Source: Chiloscyllium plagiosum (Eukaryota). Taken from it: 64,000 nt of DNA. Below, in pieces: positions 50,561 through 63,029 of this stretch. Location of the stretch: positions 64,674,819-64,738,818 of the forward strand of contig NC_057719.1 of the NCBI RefSeq assembly GCF_004010195.1, written 5' to 3'. Every line of letters begins with the position of its first letter. Positions within the stretch are counted from its first letter, which is position 1. The notes under the pieces were generated by a model. That model had not been told where the DNA came from and searched no databases. It worked only from the letters and a program-made list of their open reading frames with translations. Made by a program: the position numbers and the translations under genes.

Positions 50561-50775
50561 ATGGGTGTAAGCATAGCTAGTCCCAATAAACTGCAGTATT
50601 AATGTGCTGTAATAATTGGTTCAAAGGAAATATAATAATGACTAGGCTCCATTTCACCCCTTCACTTGTGTACCTTTGGTTGGGGGATTCTCATGAAAAG
50701 ATGGGTCAGTTGTACTACTGTCCTCCTGAACCAAATGTAGAACATTCTGTAAATATCAGTTTTCTCACACCACCG

Positions 50776-51025
50776 AATCATAAAATTGTTACGGTGCAGA
50801 AAGGGGCCATTCTGCCCATTTTCAAACAAGCATCACTGGCATGAGGCAAAGTCCTACTTTTTTTACCCATTTCGATACAATCATCCAATACCCTCTTGAA
50901 TACTTCCACCCCACTTCCAGGCAGTGTGTTCCATATCATACTTGAAGAGTGAAAAAGCTTTTCTTCACAACTACCTTGTATCGTTTGCACATGACTGTAA
51001 ATCTATACCCTCTTCCTATTGTTCC
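50776..51025 (-). mobile_element. Old CR1 3' end
   Basis: Minus ORF IWNTLPGSGVEVFKRVLD; ggccattctgccc tail. Confidence 0.65.
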
Positions 51026-51739
51026 TTTTAAAAGCAGGCATGTATTTTAAGACCCAATTGAATGTTGATGGTGATTTCTCTCTTTATGTAGTGTCCTTGA
51101 CGTCTTAGGGTTACTGATCATGGTGAAGGCATTACTGTGCGGCAAGACAAAAATTAAGCCCCAAGAACTTACTCAATTGGTATAGGATTTGAACCCATGC
51201 TTTTTGTGTTAGTCTGCATGACACTCTGACCATCAAGCGAACTGAATTAGCCTGCCTCCCTAGGAAAACTTGTCCAGTTCACTCCAGTCTTTGGCCTCAT
51301 GTGAGGTACATTGGAATTAGTTAGCCATTTTTGATCCATATTGTGATCTTAGAATCTATATGTACTTGGCCATATTTGCTCAATACAGTTCAAGAGCATT
51401 GCATTAATTTTTCATTAAATGAAATGTTTCAAAATGCGTAACTGTCAAACAGTCCTTTGCAGACTCAGTTTCTCTCCCTTTCAATCTAACTTCCAGTCCA
51501 ATCTGAATTGCAAACTACCTTCTGATGCCATGTTTCCTTGCTTCCATTGGCTGCTTATCTTGACCCACTTCCTCCAATCGCACTAAGTCATGGTATCTAA
51601 CCATTTCTCTCCCATTGATGCTCATTGCTGCACATCCCAGTTCTTAACTCTCATGCTGCTTCACTGTCTTTTCAAATATTATTTACATATTGTCAGGAGT
51701 ATCAGAATCCTTCAGCACACATTGCAGATCTAGATAACT

Positions 51740-52060
51740 GAGTGGATAATAGGTAGAATGGGGGTGATAGACCTTAAGAGAAGGCTGGCGGAATGAGTAG
51801 ATTCATGGCTGAGGAACTTTAATGATGTGAAGTGCAAAGTGGTAAATTTGGTAGGAAAAACCAAAGAAGACAACGTTAAAAACTAAGTGGTACAAATTTT
51901 CTAGGGGGTGAAGGAACAGAAAGATATGTGCATAATATTGAAGGTGTCTGGACAGATTTAAAAACGGATGAGACTATGGGCTTTACAAATAGAGACGTTG
52001 AGTGTTCTAATGCAACTTTACAAAACAGCAATTTGGCCTCAACTGTGTTGTTTTATGTAA
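51740..52060 (+). mobile_element. Very decayed CR1 RT fragment
   Basis: tttaatgatgtgaagtgcaaagtggtaaatttggtaggaaaaac reads FNDVKCKVVNLVG-like. Confidence 0.5.
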
Positions 52061-53304
52061 TACTGTATAAGGGAAATGGCTCTTACTAAAAAAAAACTCA
52101 TGACACACTAACATTGAGTTCAGGTAATGTGGCATTCAGTATGTAGGTCATATTCTGAAATGATTATATAGGGACCTCTCCCTGCTATGTTTACATTATA
52201 TGTGGTTCCATTAAATGTTCTAGCTGTCAAGACCTGGTTCCTGTCTGTCTCTGAATACAGTTACAACATGGCAGCAACAATAAAATCACATGATCCTTTC
52301 CTGTGGACAGTGGGAAAGGTCCCTAGTGATGGCTAGAATTTAAATTTAGGAGAGCAGAAGTAGTGATGATGCAATACTGGAGAAAAATCAGCAACCAGAC
52401 AAAAGAGATAAATGGAACTGGCAGAGGTCTGACAAGCAATCGCAGGCAACAGGCCAGGCATGTGCGAACAGATAAACATGGAGCAGACAGACCCTGACAG
52501 TAAGCCAAACCTTAGAGTAAGTAGCAGTAGGAAAACTTTGGCACAGGCAGACTCCAGGGGGGTAGGTAAATTGGCAGATATTCGAACAGGCAGACACTAG
52601 TGCTAAGTGAAAACAACAGAAATTGTGAGAAGTGGCCTCAAACAATACATGAAGTAGTGAAAGCAAGTTTAACTTGACTCCTAAGAAAATCAGCTGCAAG
52701 TTAGCTTAGTTTTGGAGACTATTACTCTACTCCTTGAGCCAACCGAAGAGGTAGAGGGGCTGGACCAAGCTGCTCAAGACTGCTGCTGGCAGTAAGAATT
52801 TCAGTAAAAGTGGAGCCAACTTTTAACTTGATGGGGTGGTGAGCTTTCGTGGGATTTAGTGACTGGTTCAGTGCCCAGAGAAAGATTAGTTCACTGGATA
52901 ATAGACAGAGGCAAAAGGAGGATGAAGCAGTGGCTGTCATTATCCAATGTTTCTGTTGAGGACTGTTTTGGTGGGTGTAGTGGGGAGTGACTGTGTGCAT
53001 TTCAAAATGGCACTCTGCAATTTGAAACTCTGCTCAGAAACCTAATAAGGTAACTAACTATATCTGGTACCAACCAAGAATTAGGAAATCCCAAGAGAAA
53101 TTTCCAGAGGCCACTCAACTGCTGTCATGCGTGCCAATGAATGCCTCCAGATGTGTGCAAATGGAGCTGCCCTGCATAAATCAGGAAGGTAGGTTACCGA
53201 CCAGTTTTCTCCTGCCGGGAAGGCAGGAAGTTATGGCAGTGGCAATTTGTGGCCCATAAGTCATCCCAATTGACCTTCTCATTAGCTTTTCATAATGAAG
53301 TGAC

Positions 53305-53870
53305 CACCTCAGAAATGGGCCTTGACAACATTCCGGCAATAGTACTGAAGACTTGTGCTCCAGAACTGACTGCTCCCCTAGCCAAGCTCTTTCTGTATAG
53401 TAAGTATGAAGCTTCGAAATCACTCAAGAAGCTTGACACCATCCAAGCCCAAGTAACCTGCTTGATTGGCACCACATCTACAAGCATCCATTCCGTTCAC
53501 CACCAACGCTCCACAGCAGCAGCTGTGTGCTATCTACAAAATGCACTGCAGACGTTTATCCAAAATCCTTACTCAGCACTTTCTAAGTTCACAACCACTT
53601 CTACCTAGAAGGACAAGGGCAACAGTTACATGGGAACACCACCAATTTCAAGTTCTCCTCCAAGATATTTACCATCCTGATTTGGAAATACATCGCTGTT
53701 CCTTAACTGTCTTGGGGTCAAAATCCTGGAATTCTCTCCCTAATGCAATTGTGGGTCAACCCACAGCAGGTAGACTGCAGCACTTCAAGCAGGCTTCATC
53801 ACCGCCTTCTCAAGGGCAACTATGGAAGGACAATAAATGTTGGCCAGCTAGAGACACCCATATTCCACAG
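53305..53870 (+). mobile_element. CR1-clade family B, internally deleted
   Basis: MGLDNIPAIVLKTCAPELTAPLAKLF joined directly to LKKLDTIQ..CLIG and the family-B 3' end. Confidence 0.8.
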
Positions 53871-53871
53871 A

Positions 53872-54113
53872 GAAGAGATTAGAGAAGATTTGGTTGAGGA
53901 ATTCAGAATCTTGACAGATGTAAACAAAGTAGATACAATGAAGTTGTTTTCATTTTTAGACGGTTTGAAAATATGACTCAGACTCGGTCCTCTTTGACAA
54001 AGCCAACATAAGGAAAAGCTTTCCAATGCACTAAGTGGTTGTGATCTGGAATACATTGCCTGAGACAATGATGGAGAAAGATTCAATCTTTCCAAAGGGA
54101 GCTAGATAGGTGC
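53872..54113 (+). mobile_element. Old CR1 3' fragment
   Basis: REDLVEEFRIL..; tctggaatacattgcctgag. Confidence 0.55.
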
Positions 54114-54352
54114 TTTGGGGGGGGTGAGTCTTCAAATAGTGCTGTAAGAAAGGGCAGGGCAAGTGAGCAGTTGGTTTCCTTTTACAATATGTTGGTCATC
54201 CTGCTATAGAAAGGATATTATTAAATTGGAGAGAGTGCAGAAAAGATTTAGAAGGATGTTCTTGGGTTTGGAGGGTTTTAGTTATAAGGAGAGGCTGGAT
54301 AAATTGTTTTTTGTCTCACTATAGTATAGAAGGTTGGGGGAAGACCTTTATA

Positions 54353-54676
54353 CAAAGGAACCTCAATTATCCGAATATCAGATTATCCGAAGGTGATCTC
54401 AAGGTCTCGATAGAAACATTACATCAAAGACGTGTTTCCAGCACTGATCGCATCTTTTGTTTACAGTGATTAAAAGTGAACTCGGCTTACTGAAATGCTG
54501 CCGAGAACAATCCTGGACTGATTGGAGCCCAGGCACCATTTCCAAATGACTGACCTCCCGCCCTCCCTCTCACCCCCACACTTTCCTTGGAGTTCTACAC
54601 AGGGGAGTACCCTAAACCCCTCCTTCTCAGATAATCTCTCCAATAATATCCTGTAAAGGGCAAAGGTGGATCCTGT

Positions 54677-54720
<44 letters not shown>

Positions 54721-55046
54721 ATTTGAAGACTCACCCCCCCCCCAAAAGGCAGCAGCAGTAGTTTTGTTGTTGGTGTCCACTCTGGCTCCCTGTACAGGGG
54801 GCGGGGATGGATGGTGGGGCAGTGTTGGATGGGGTTGGGGGGAGGGCGGGGAGCGGGGGTGGGGGTGGACAAGGCGTGGGCGAGGCTCACGCGCAGTGTG
54901 CTTAGGCCTAGTCTCCTGAACTGGGAGTGGACTTAACAGAAAACACTGAGTCCCAGAGGAAAGGCATTGAATCAATTAACCGAATAATCAATTATCCAAA
55001 TGAAATAATACCCACCCAGCTCGTTCAGATAATTGAGGTTTCTCTG
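54353..55046. mobile_element. Tigger/pogo-type MITE with TA TSD
   Basis: TIR caaaggaacctcaattatccgaa versus reverse complement cagagaaacctcaattatctgaa; subterminal attatccgaa repeats; TA at 54351-54352 and 55047-55048. Confidence 0.88.
54682..54717. repeat. (GT)18 microsatellite inside the MITE
   Basis: Perfect dinucleotide run. Confidence 0.97.
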
Positions 55047-55529
55047 TAAAGGTTTATAAAATCATGAGGAGCATAAATATGGTGAATAGCAAAGGTCTTT
55101 TCTCTAGAGTTGGGGAGTTCAAAACTTGAGGGCATAATTTGAAGGAGAGAAGAGAAAGATTTAAAAGGGGCACAAGGGCGCAACCTTTTCACACAGAGGG
55201 AGTGGTAGGTGCCACTATAGTTACAAGATTTAAGAGATATTTGGATAGATACATTAATGGGGAAGGTTTAGAAGTTATGGGTCCAATGCTGGCATATGAG
55301 ACTAGTTTATTTTGAGAAGCTTGGTCGTCATGGACCAAAGGGCCTATTTCTGTGCTCTATGACTCTATGGACACTGTAGGGCATTCTTTTTTATTATAAC
55401 CATTTTTATGTAATATATTCTGTGCGCAACCAAGTTCTTAGGTATGCTTTTGAGAAACAATTGCACTGCTGTTGGAAATGAGAACCAGAGTGAAACAACA
55501 ATGAGTCTTTGTGTGTTTGTTTAGGGCTA

Positions 55530-55795
55530 ATGCATTAAATACTCCTTCCTTTAAACCCTCTACTCAACTTGAAGCCCATTTACCAACCTCTGAGAAAAAG
55601 AATCGGAAAACATATCACCCATCTTAACAGACTGAGACATACAAGTAGAAAGTGGGACAGAACACTAGTGCTTCAATGGAGGCTCACGGATGATGTTACC
55701 CAACCTGGTGGTGAAATGTCTGAGAACAAACCCACAAGCTCAGTGAACAAACGTACAACCTGATCCATAACCTGAGCTACAAATTGTCTCAAAAA
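55530..55795 (+). mobile_element. Penelope-like 3' end
   Basis: ctca-CGGATGA-t-gttacc(caacct)ggtggt-GAAA-tgtc-tgag at 55683-55724; tail acctgagctacaaat is related to 9945-9970. Confidence 0.7.
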
Positions 55796-56439
55796 CATTT
55801 CAGTGGAACTGAACCTCAACAAGGAAGTATCTAGGTGGACTTAGCTGAAATTTATTTCATACAGAATGACTTCATAATTAATAATGTAAGATCTTAATGT
55901 ACACTCATGACTCATTCAGTTCAAATTTCGACAGAAAACCTCAAGGGTTCTGTATTTGATTTTCTCACAAAGTTTCTTACAATTGCGTTTTAGAAATAAT
56001 ATGATGTCTCCCTCCAGAGTAACAAGTTATGGATCACTTTGTTGAATGACGGATCATTTTGTCTTGGGATTAGTTTTGATGCTGGTAATTGTAATGTAAT
56101 ATTAACCAGCCTGCATATTACTGTTCATGCTGGAGCTCAAACCAGGGATTGTCTGGTAGATGCAGTCTGCTAATCGGGATTTTGTGTGATGTGGGAAGTG
56201 CGACATTGCATTTGGAAATTTGGACAACTTTGATTCAAGATGGTTTTGATCCTTGGATTCAGCAATTTGTCTCAGAACATAAACATTCGATTTTGAACAA
56301 ATAATACAGATTATGAGCTACTCAAATCTTATCACTGCACAAAAAAATGAAATGATGTATTTTTCCAATTCCAGCTGAATCCTAATTCTTTCCTCTTATT
56401 CCCTTTGTTTAGCAAATGAATTTAGTCTGATAGTTCTTT

Positions 56440-57905
56440 GTTATTCATCTGTGGGATGTGCCAGCATTTATTGCCCATTACTAGCTGCCTTGAGAAGGTG
56501 CTTGTGAGCTGTCTACTGAATCACTGCAGTTCACATACTGTAGGTTGAACCACAATGCCATTAGAGAGTCAATTCGAGAATATTGACACAGCAACGTTGA
56601 AGCAATGGCAATGTACTTCCAAGTCAGGATGGTGAGTGGTTTGGAAGGGAACTTCCAGGTGGTGCTGTTTCCTGTATCTGCTGCCCTTGTTTTTCTAGGT
56701 AAAATGGCCATGGGTTTGGAAAGTGCTGTCTTCGGATCTTTGGTGAATGTCTGCAGTGCATTATGGAAATAGTGTATATTGCTGCTACTAAGTATCAGTG
56801 GTGGAAGGAGTGGATGTTTGTGGTTGTGATGCCAATTGAGTGGGCTGCTTTGTCCTGATAGTGCCAAGCTTCTTGAGTGGTGTTAGAGTTGCACTCATCC
56901 AGGTAAGTGGCGTGTATTCTACACTCCTGACTTGTTCCTTGTAGATGGTGGTCAAGTGTTGGGCAGTCAGGAGGTGAATTACTTGCTGCAGTATTCATTG
57001 CCTCTGACCTACTGTTGTAGTCACTGTGTTTATGGTCAGTGCTAACCCCAAGGATGTTGACAGTGGAGGAATCAGTGTTGATAACATAGAGTCATAGAGA
57101 TGTACAGCATGGAAACAGACCCTTCGGTCCAACCCGTCAATGCCAACCAGATATCCCAACCCAATCTAGTCCCACCTACCAGCTCCCGGCCCATATCCCT
57201 CAAAACCCTTCCTATTCATATACCCATCCAAATGCATCTTAAATGTTGTAATTGTACCAGCCTCCACCACTTCCTCTGGTAGCTCATTCCATACACGTAC
57301 CATTAGTGGTGATTATCTCTTATTGGAGATGGCTATTGCTTGGCATTTGTGTGGTGTGAATGTTACTTGCCACTTGTCAGCCTAAGTCTTGATATTGTCC
57401 AGATCTTGGTACATTTGAACATGGATTGCTTCAGTATCTGAGGAGTTGTGAATAGTGCTGAACATTGTGCAGTCATCAGTGGACATCCTTGCTTCTGTCC
57501 TTTATATTGGAGGGAAGGTCATTGATGAAGAAGCTGAAGATGGTTGGGCCTAGGACACTACCCTGAGGAGCTCCTACAGAGATGTCGTGGAACTGAGCTG
57601 AATGACCTCAAACAACCACAACCATCTGACTACATGCCAACGTATGAGCCCGACCAATGGAGACATATCCCCCGTTACCCATTGTTTCTAGTTTTGTTAG
57701 GGCTCCTTGATGCCACACCTAGCTGAATGCAGCCTTGATGTCCCCCTCCCCACTGAAACTCAGCTCTTTTGTCCCTGTTTAACCCAAGATTGTAATGAGG
57801 TCAGGAGCTGAGTGGCCCTGGCAGAACCCAAACTGGGTGTCACTGAGCTGGTTATTACTGAGCAGGTGCTACTTGATAGCAGTATTGATGACACCTTCCA
57901 TCACT
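56440..57905 (-). mobile_element. CR1-clade family B with nested family-A fragment (57085-57300)
   Basis: Collinear with 18300-19512; interrupted by catagagtcatagagatgtacagc..ccatacacg. Confidence 0.85.
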
Positions 57906-58335
57906 TGTTATGATGTTATCACTTAAAGAGGTTATTGTGTCCTGGTATGTTTGAAGAGACGTTGTAAGGCAGAGGTGCCGATCTCTCTAAGGGAGTAAAC
58001 AATTTGTGAGACTTTGGGTTTTTTTAAAAGTTGAAACCAATGGAAGCAGCCTGGGCATGGCCAGTGTGGAGTTTGCACGTTCTCCCCGTGTCTGCGTGGG
58101 TTTCCTCCCACAGTCCAAAGATGTGCAGGTCAGGTGAATTGGCCATGCTAAATTGCCTGTAGTGTTAGGTAAGGGGTAAATGTAGGGGTATGGGTGGGTT
58201 GCGCTTCGGCGGGTCGGTGTGGACTTGTTGGGCCGAAGGGCCTGTTTCCACACTGTAATGTAATCTGTAATGTAATCTGTAAAATCTCTCACAGACCAGG
58301 CTTTCTAGATTTTTTTAGTTTTTAGGTTTAGTTTT
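57906..58335 (+). mobile_element. Candidate LTR fragment carrying a headless HE1-like SINE (58063-58283)
   Basis: Starts tgttatga at a break in CR1-B; the SINE body is clear and has a tgtaat-type tail; LTR identity is inferred. Confidence 0.5.
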
Positions 58336-58339
58336 AATT

Positions 58340-58760
58340 AGAAGCAAATTCTGGAGCATAAGTCTTCAGTACTATTGCTGGAATGTTGTCAGGACTCATA
58401 GTCTTAGCAGTGTCTAGTGCCTCCAACTGTTTCTTGATGTCACATAGTGTGAATTGAATTATTTGAGGACCTGCATCTGCGATGCTGGGGACCACTGAAG
58501 GAGGCTGAGTTTGATCATCCATTTGGTACTTATGACTGAAGGTTACTGCAAACTTTCAGCCTCATCTTTTGCAAAGATGTGTTGGGTTCTTCCATTATTG
58601 AGGGTGGAGATATTTGTGGAGCGTCCTCCTCCAGTGAGTTGTTTTAATTGTCCACCATTATTCATGACTGATGTACAGGACTGCAGAGCTTAGATCTAAT
58701 CTGTTCTTTGTGGGATTGCTTAGATCTGTCTATCACTTGCTGCTTATGCTGTTTGGCATA
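58340..58760 (-). mobile_element. CR1-clade family B RT N-terminal fragment
   Basis: IKKQLEALDTAKTMSPDNIPAIVLKTYAPE. Confidence 0.8.
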
Positions 58761-59049
58761 ATTGGGGCTGAGAGTCTTGGGAGAGAAATGAACCATTCCA
58801 CAATATACATCATTATTCATTTTCCCTGCCAAGCACCAGTTCAGAAATACACTCCATATGGGACTTAGTTACTTGGCGTGGAGTACTGAATATCACTTAA
58901 AGTACAGAGTGCACAAACCATTCCTTTAGTGTCACAATGGTAAAAGAAAATAATAAATCAAATGTCCCGAGGGCCAGCTTATGACCACTGCCTGTGGAAC
59001 AGGATGAAATGCTGACCTCAGTTATCCGTATTTGTAAAGAATACTTTTA

Positions 59050-59980
59050 AAAATTTGTTCAAGGGATGTAGCTTCACTGGTATGTCAGCATTTAACGACT
59101 ATGCCTAATTGCCCTGAAAACGTTGGGATAGCTGCCTTTTTAATTGGTGCCGTTCTTGTGATGTAGATACACCCACAATGCTGTTAGGAAGCAACTTTCT
59201 GCATTTTACCTTGTGACAGTGAATGAACCGACAATATAGTTCCAAGTCAGGATGCTGTATGACTTGGTGGTGATGTTCCAATGAATCTGCTGCCCTTGCG
59301 TTTTAGGTGGTAGAGGTTGTGGATGGTATTGTGGGACTTTTGTGGCAACGTATTGTGTAAATGATGTGCACAGCTGTCACTATGTATTAGTATTGAAGGG
59401 AGTGAATGTTGAGGGTGATGGATGGGGTGCAAATTGAGTGAGTTGCTTTGTTTTGGATGGTGTTGAACTTCTTGAGCATTATTAGAGCTGCACTCATCAA
59501 AGCAAGTGAAGAGTGTTGCAATATATTCCAGATGTGTGTCTTGAAGATGGTGACCAGGCACTGGGGAGACAGAAGATGAGTTAGTTGCCACAGAATTTCT
59601 ATCCTCTGACTGACTTTTGTAGCCACTGTACTTATGTGGCTAATCCAGTTCAATTTTTGGTCAATGATAATTCCCCGGATATTGATAAGAGATTAATATT
59701 GGTGATGCTATTGAACATCAAGAGGAGGTGCTTAAATTCTCTCATTTGAGTTGTGGTGCTCCTGTTGCTTTTCTCTTATCAACCTATCCTGTCCAGGTTT
59801 TGTGGAATATGAATTTCAGCTGCTTTAGTATCTGAGGATTTGCAATTGGTATTGAACATTGTGAAATTATCAGTTGACATCCCAACTTCTGACAATGTGA
59901 TGATAGAAGGTCAATAATGAAGCAGCTGAAAATGGTAGAGCCTGCAAAAATCCCCTGAGGAACAGCTGAAAGTATGGACT
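59050..59980 (-). mobile_element. CR1-clade family B, older copy
   Basis: LNWISHISTVATKVSQRI..LSPQCLVTIFK; SAVPQGIFAGSTIFSCFI. Confidence 0.75.
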
Positions 59981-59997
59981 GTCTTAAAGCATGTTTA

Positions 59998-60182
59998 TGA
60001 TTAGAGTGGTGCTGGAAAAGCACAGCCATTCAGGCAGCATCCGAGGAGCAGGAAAATCGACGTTTCGGGCAAAAGCCCCGATTTTCCTGCTCCTCAGATG
60101 CTGCCTGATCGGCTGTGCTTTTCTAGCATCACTCTGATCTAGACTCTGATTTCCAGCATCTGCAGTTCTCACTTTTGCCTAG
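59998..60182. mobile_element. Penelope-derived fold-back insertion with 14-bp TSD
   Basis: Inverted arms ~60003-60059 / ~60079-60135; ttaaagcatgttta at 59984-59997 and 60183-60196. Confidence 0.85.
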
Positions 60183-60837
60183 TTAAAGCATGTTTACCAC
60201 AATCTGCAGCCTGCATGTGGGAGGTTCTGATGAACTGTGTGTATAAGGTATTCAGTACCTGCAAAAGTTAACTGACAACATGGAATAAGACCCATTTATG
60301 AGGATAGAAAGGACTGTTCTTGGGAGGAGGTAAGTGGGTCTAAGTTGCAAGACAATTTTAGTACCAGTTCCAAATGCACTTTGAAAAATATGACCATTCC
60401 TTTAGTGTCACTGGTTCAAAATCCTGGATCTCCTTACCGCTTTTGTAAGTGAACCATATCAAATGGAGTGCTTCAGCTCAAGAAAGCAGCTCATTGTCAC
60501 CTTCTCAAGGGCAATTAGAGTGAGCTTTGGGGTACAATTTTGCATTTTTTAGTCAAGTTAGGTTCACCAGAATCACATTAAAGTACTAAAATCTGCACTG
60601 GCTATAGTTAAGCAGAGTAAAATAACATAATATTAGTTTAATCAATGAATGTACTTTGTGTGATTATAACTAAATTCAATCACTCATGAAATATTACTAT
60701 CCTACTGATCCTACACGAGGAATGAACAATAACTGCTAATGTAGCCAGCAACACCAAAGAAGCTCAGAGACATACAAGAGATGACATTTCATTATTCCGT
60801 AGGTCCAGTAGGAGATCATGTTTTAAAATGACAGAAT

Positions 60838-61144
60838 TAGATTACATTACAGTGTGGAAATAGGCCCTTCGGCCCAACAAGTCCACACCGACCTGCCAAA
60901 GTGCAACCCACCCATACCCCTACATTTACCCCTTACCTAACACTACAGGCAATTTAGCATGGCCAATTCACCTGACCTGCACATCTTTGGACTGTGGGAG
61001 GAAACCGGAGCACCCGGAGGAAACCCACGCAGACACGGGGAGAATGTGCAAACTCCACACAGTCAGTCGCCTGAGGCGGGAATTGAACCCGGGTCTCTGG
61101 TGCTGTGAGGCAACAGTGCTAACCACTGTGCCACCGTGCCGCCC
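60838..61144 (-). mobile_element. HE1-like SINE, full length, CpG-rich (young-looking)
   Basis: Minus strand gggcggcacggtggcacagtggttagc..gggttcaattcc (A and B boxes); agaat on both sides is a possible TSD. Confidence 0.93.
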
Positions 61145-61149
61145 AGAAT

Positions 61150-62950
61150 ATAAGATAAGAAATTGATACCTTTTGATAATATTGTAAGAGCATTTACAAT
61201 AACCTTATATGATTGGTGCATAATGTAATGTAGACAATAAAATTTAGTAGGAGAATACAGCTTTCAGGAGAATCATTGACAATTCTGTTAATTATCTTCA
61301 TACATTGTCAGAATTTTTTGATTATAGTGATTTATACCCAGAACTAACTTGGACAGAATTGTACGTGGAATTTCTATTACTTATTTTTCAGATATGTTAG
61401 AAGCAAAAGAGCTCCTTGTTATTGTAATCTTATGTCCACATGGTGATAGGAACTAAAATCTGGAAACAGCACAAGAGAATGATGCACAGAAAGCCAACTT
61501 AGCTCAGGAAGATCATCAAACTTTGACAACTTTCTAAGCTACAAAATAATCAGAACATCATAGCCCAGTGTAAAATGTTTAAAAATCTTGATGTTAGAAA
61601 TCACTGTTCCAAATATAGAGATAAAAAAACAACATCCAACTTTATATTACACCAATGCAGTTTTTGTAATAAAATGGGATTTTCTCAGAATGTGCCAGTG
61701 TCAAAAACAACTATTAACTACAGAACTAATAATGATTACTTGTGTACAGACGTTAGTACCTAACAACAAACATGTTTAGAAGAAATCATAGAGTATCAAG
61801 ACACACATGCTTATATGATGATATACCCCTTTCTGAATATGCAATTCAACCATTCTTAGGAGTAATAAGTGGCTCATGTAAACCAGATATGACTATTTAG
61901 GTTAATGATCATCCATAACACTTCAAACATTACATTGAGGTATGTATTACTATATTATCTGAAATAAATCCCTTGTCCTGAAGAAAATAAAACTATGGCC
62001 TTCTAACAGAGAATTGTATTTCGATCACTTTTCAAAATGACCAGAATGCTGAAAGTAGTTTTAAAATACAAGACAAATTCTTTGTGGAACAGGTATACAT
62101 AGTCACATGTCAGCACTTCTCACTTCTGAGCAGAAGAGCATGCTTTATTCTTAAAATTGTACAGTATGCTGAAAAACCTCAATCAGCTGAAAAGCCAAAT
62201 GCTTTTGTTCATTACATAACTTTATTCAACAATAGGTTGGCTGCATTGATTCAGTGAATATTCTTCTGAGATCTAAGAGAATATGAAATGACTTTAGATT
62301 AATTATTGTGGTGTTAAACACTCTTCATGACAGAGAGAGCAGATTTCACAGGTGTGGAAGAATTATTCTGTAGTCTTCCAACCACAGGCAAATCTTCAAA
62401 ATCTGATCTTCAACCATGCTTGACACCACACCCACCAGGAATTTGTAGTAGACTCTTGATACAGTCAAATGAGCTGTTTAGAAGACAGAGTACCAAAACT
62501 GCACAGTTGGCTTAATTGTCTATGTTTTAACTTAAAAAACTGACAATACTACCCAAAATAATATAAGAATACAACTATCTTCTCTGACACAATTTGTGGA
62601 GACTAAATATCATCAAGAGAAGTAAATGTTTGAAAGCAAATCAACACCAAAACACGTCCTTTGCAAAGGGTATTCAAGAAATCAAAGATCCTGATGGTTT
62701 CAGTATTGCAGCGACTGAATCTGAATGTTTCATCCTCTACCAACAGACTTCCAACTCAACCAAGTCATCAACCATTTTCACAGTCAGAGATTTGCAAAGT
62801 GAAAAACCTTCTTTCTTTATTTGAAACAATTGAATCAAGAAGTTGAAAACCAGAAAAATTCTTGGGAGAGATTTTGTACAAAAGTGCCAGGAGGGATTAG
62901 CTGCCATCATGAGATGAGCTCTATTGATTCGGGTATGAAGGACAGTCTCC
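61150..62950 (+). mobile_element. Heavily decayed gypsy internal region (gag, protease, RT traces)
   Basis: KFSRRIQLSGES../VNYLHTLSEFFDYSDLYPEL/DRIVRGI (gag); PFLGVISG..I*VNDHP*HFK (protease start); QVYIVTCQHFSLLSRRAC; VSVLQRL. Confidence 0.55.
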
Positions 62951-63029
62951 AGGAGACAATCTGTTTCTATACCACTTACAGTTACATGTTCACTGCTATG
63001 TTCTCAGTAACTAAATAACAGTTTGCTCA

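Larger units (their letters stand above)
54192..55370 (+). mobile_element. CR1 family-A 3' fragment split by a MITE
   Basis: gacctt-TA [MITE] TA-aaggtttataaaatcatgagg rebuilds the GDLIEVYKIM-coding segment; tail ctctatgactctatg. Confidence 0.85.
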
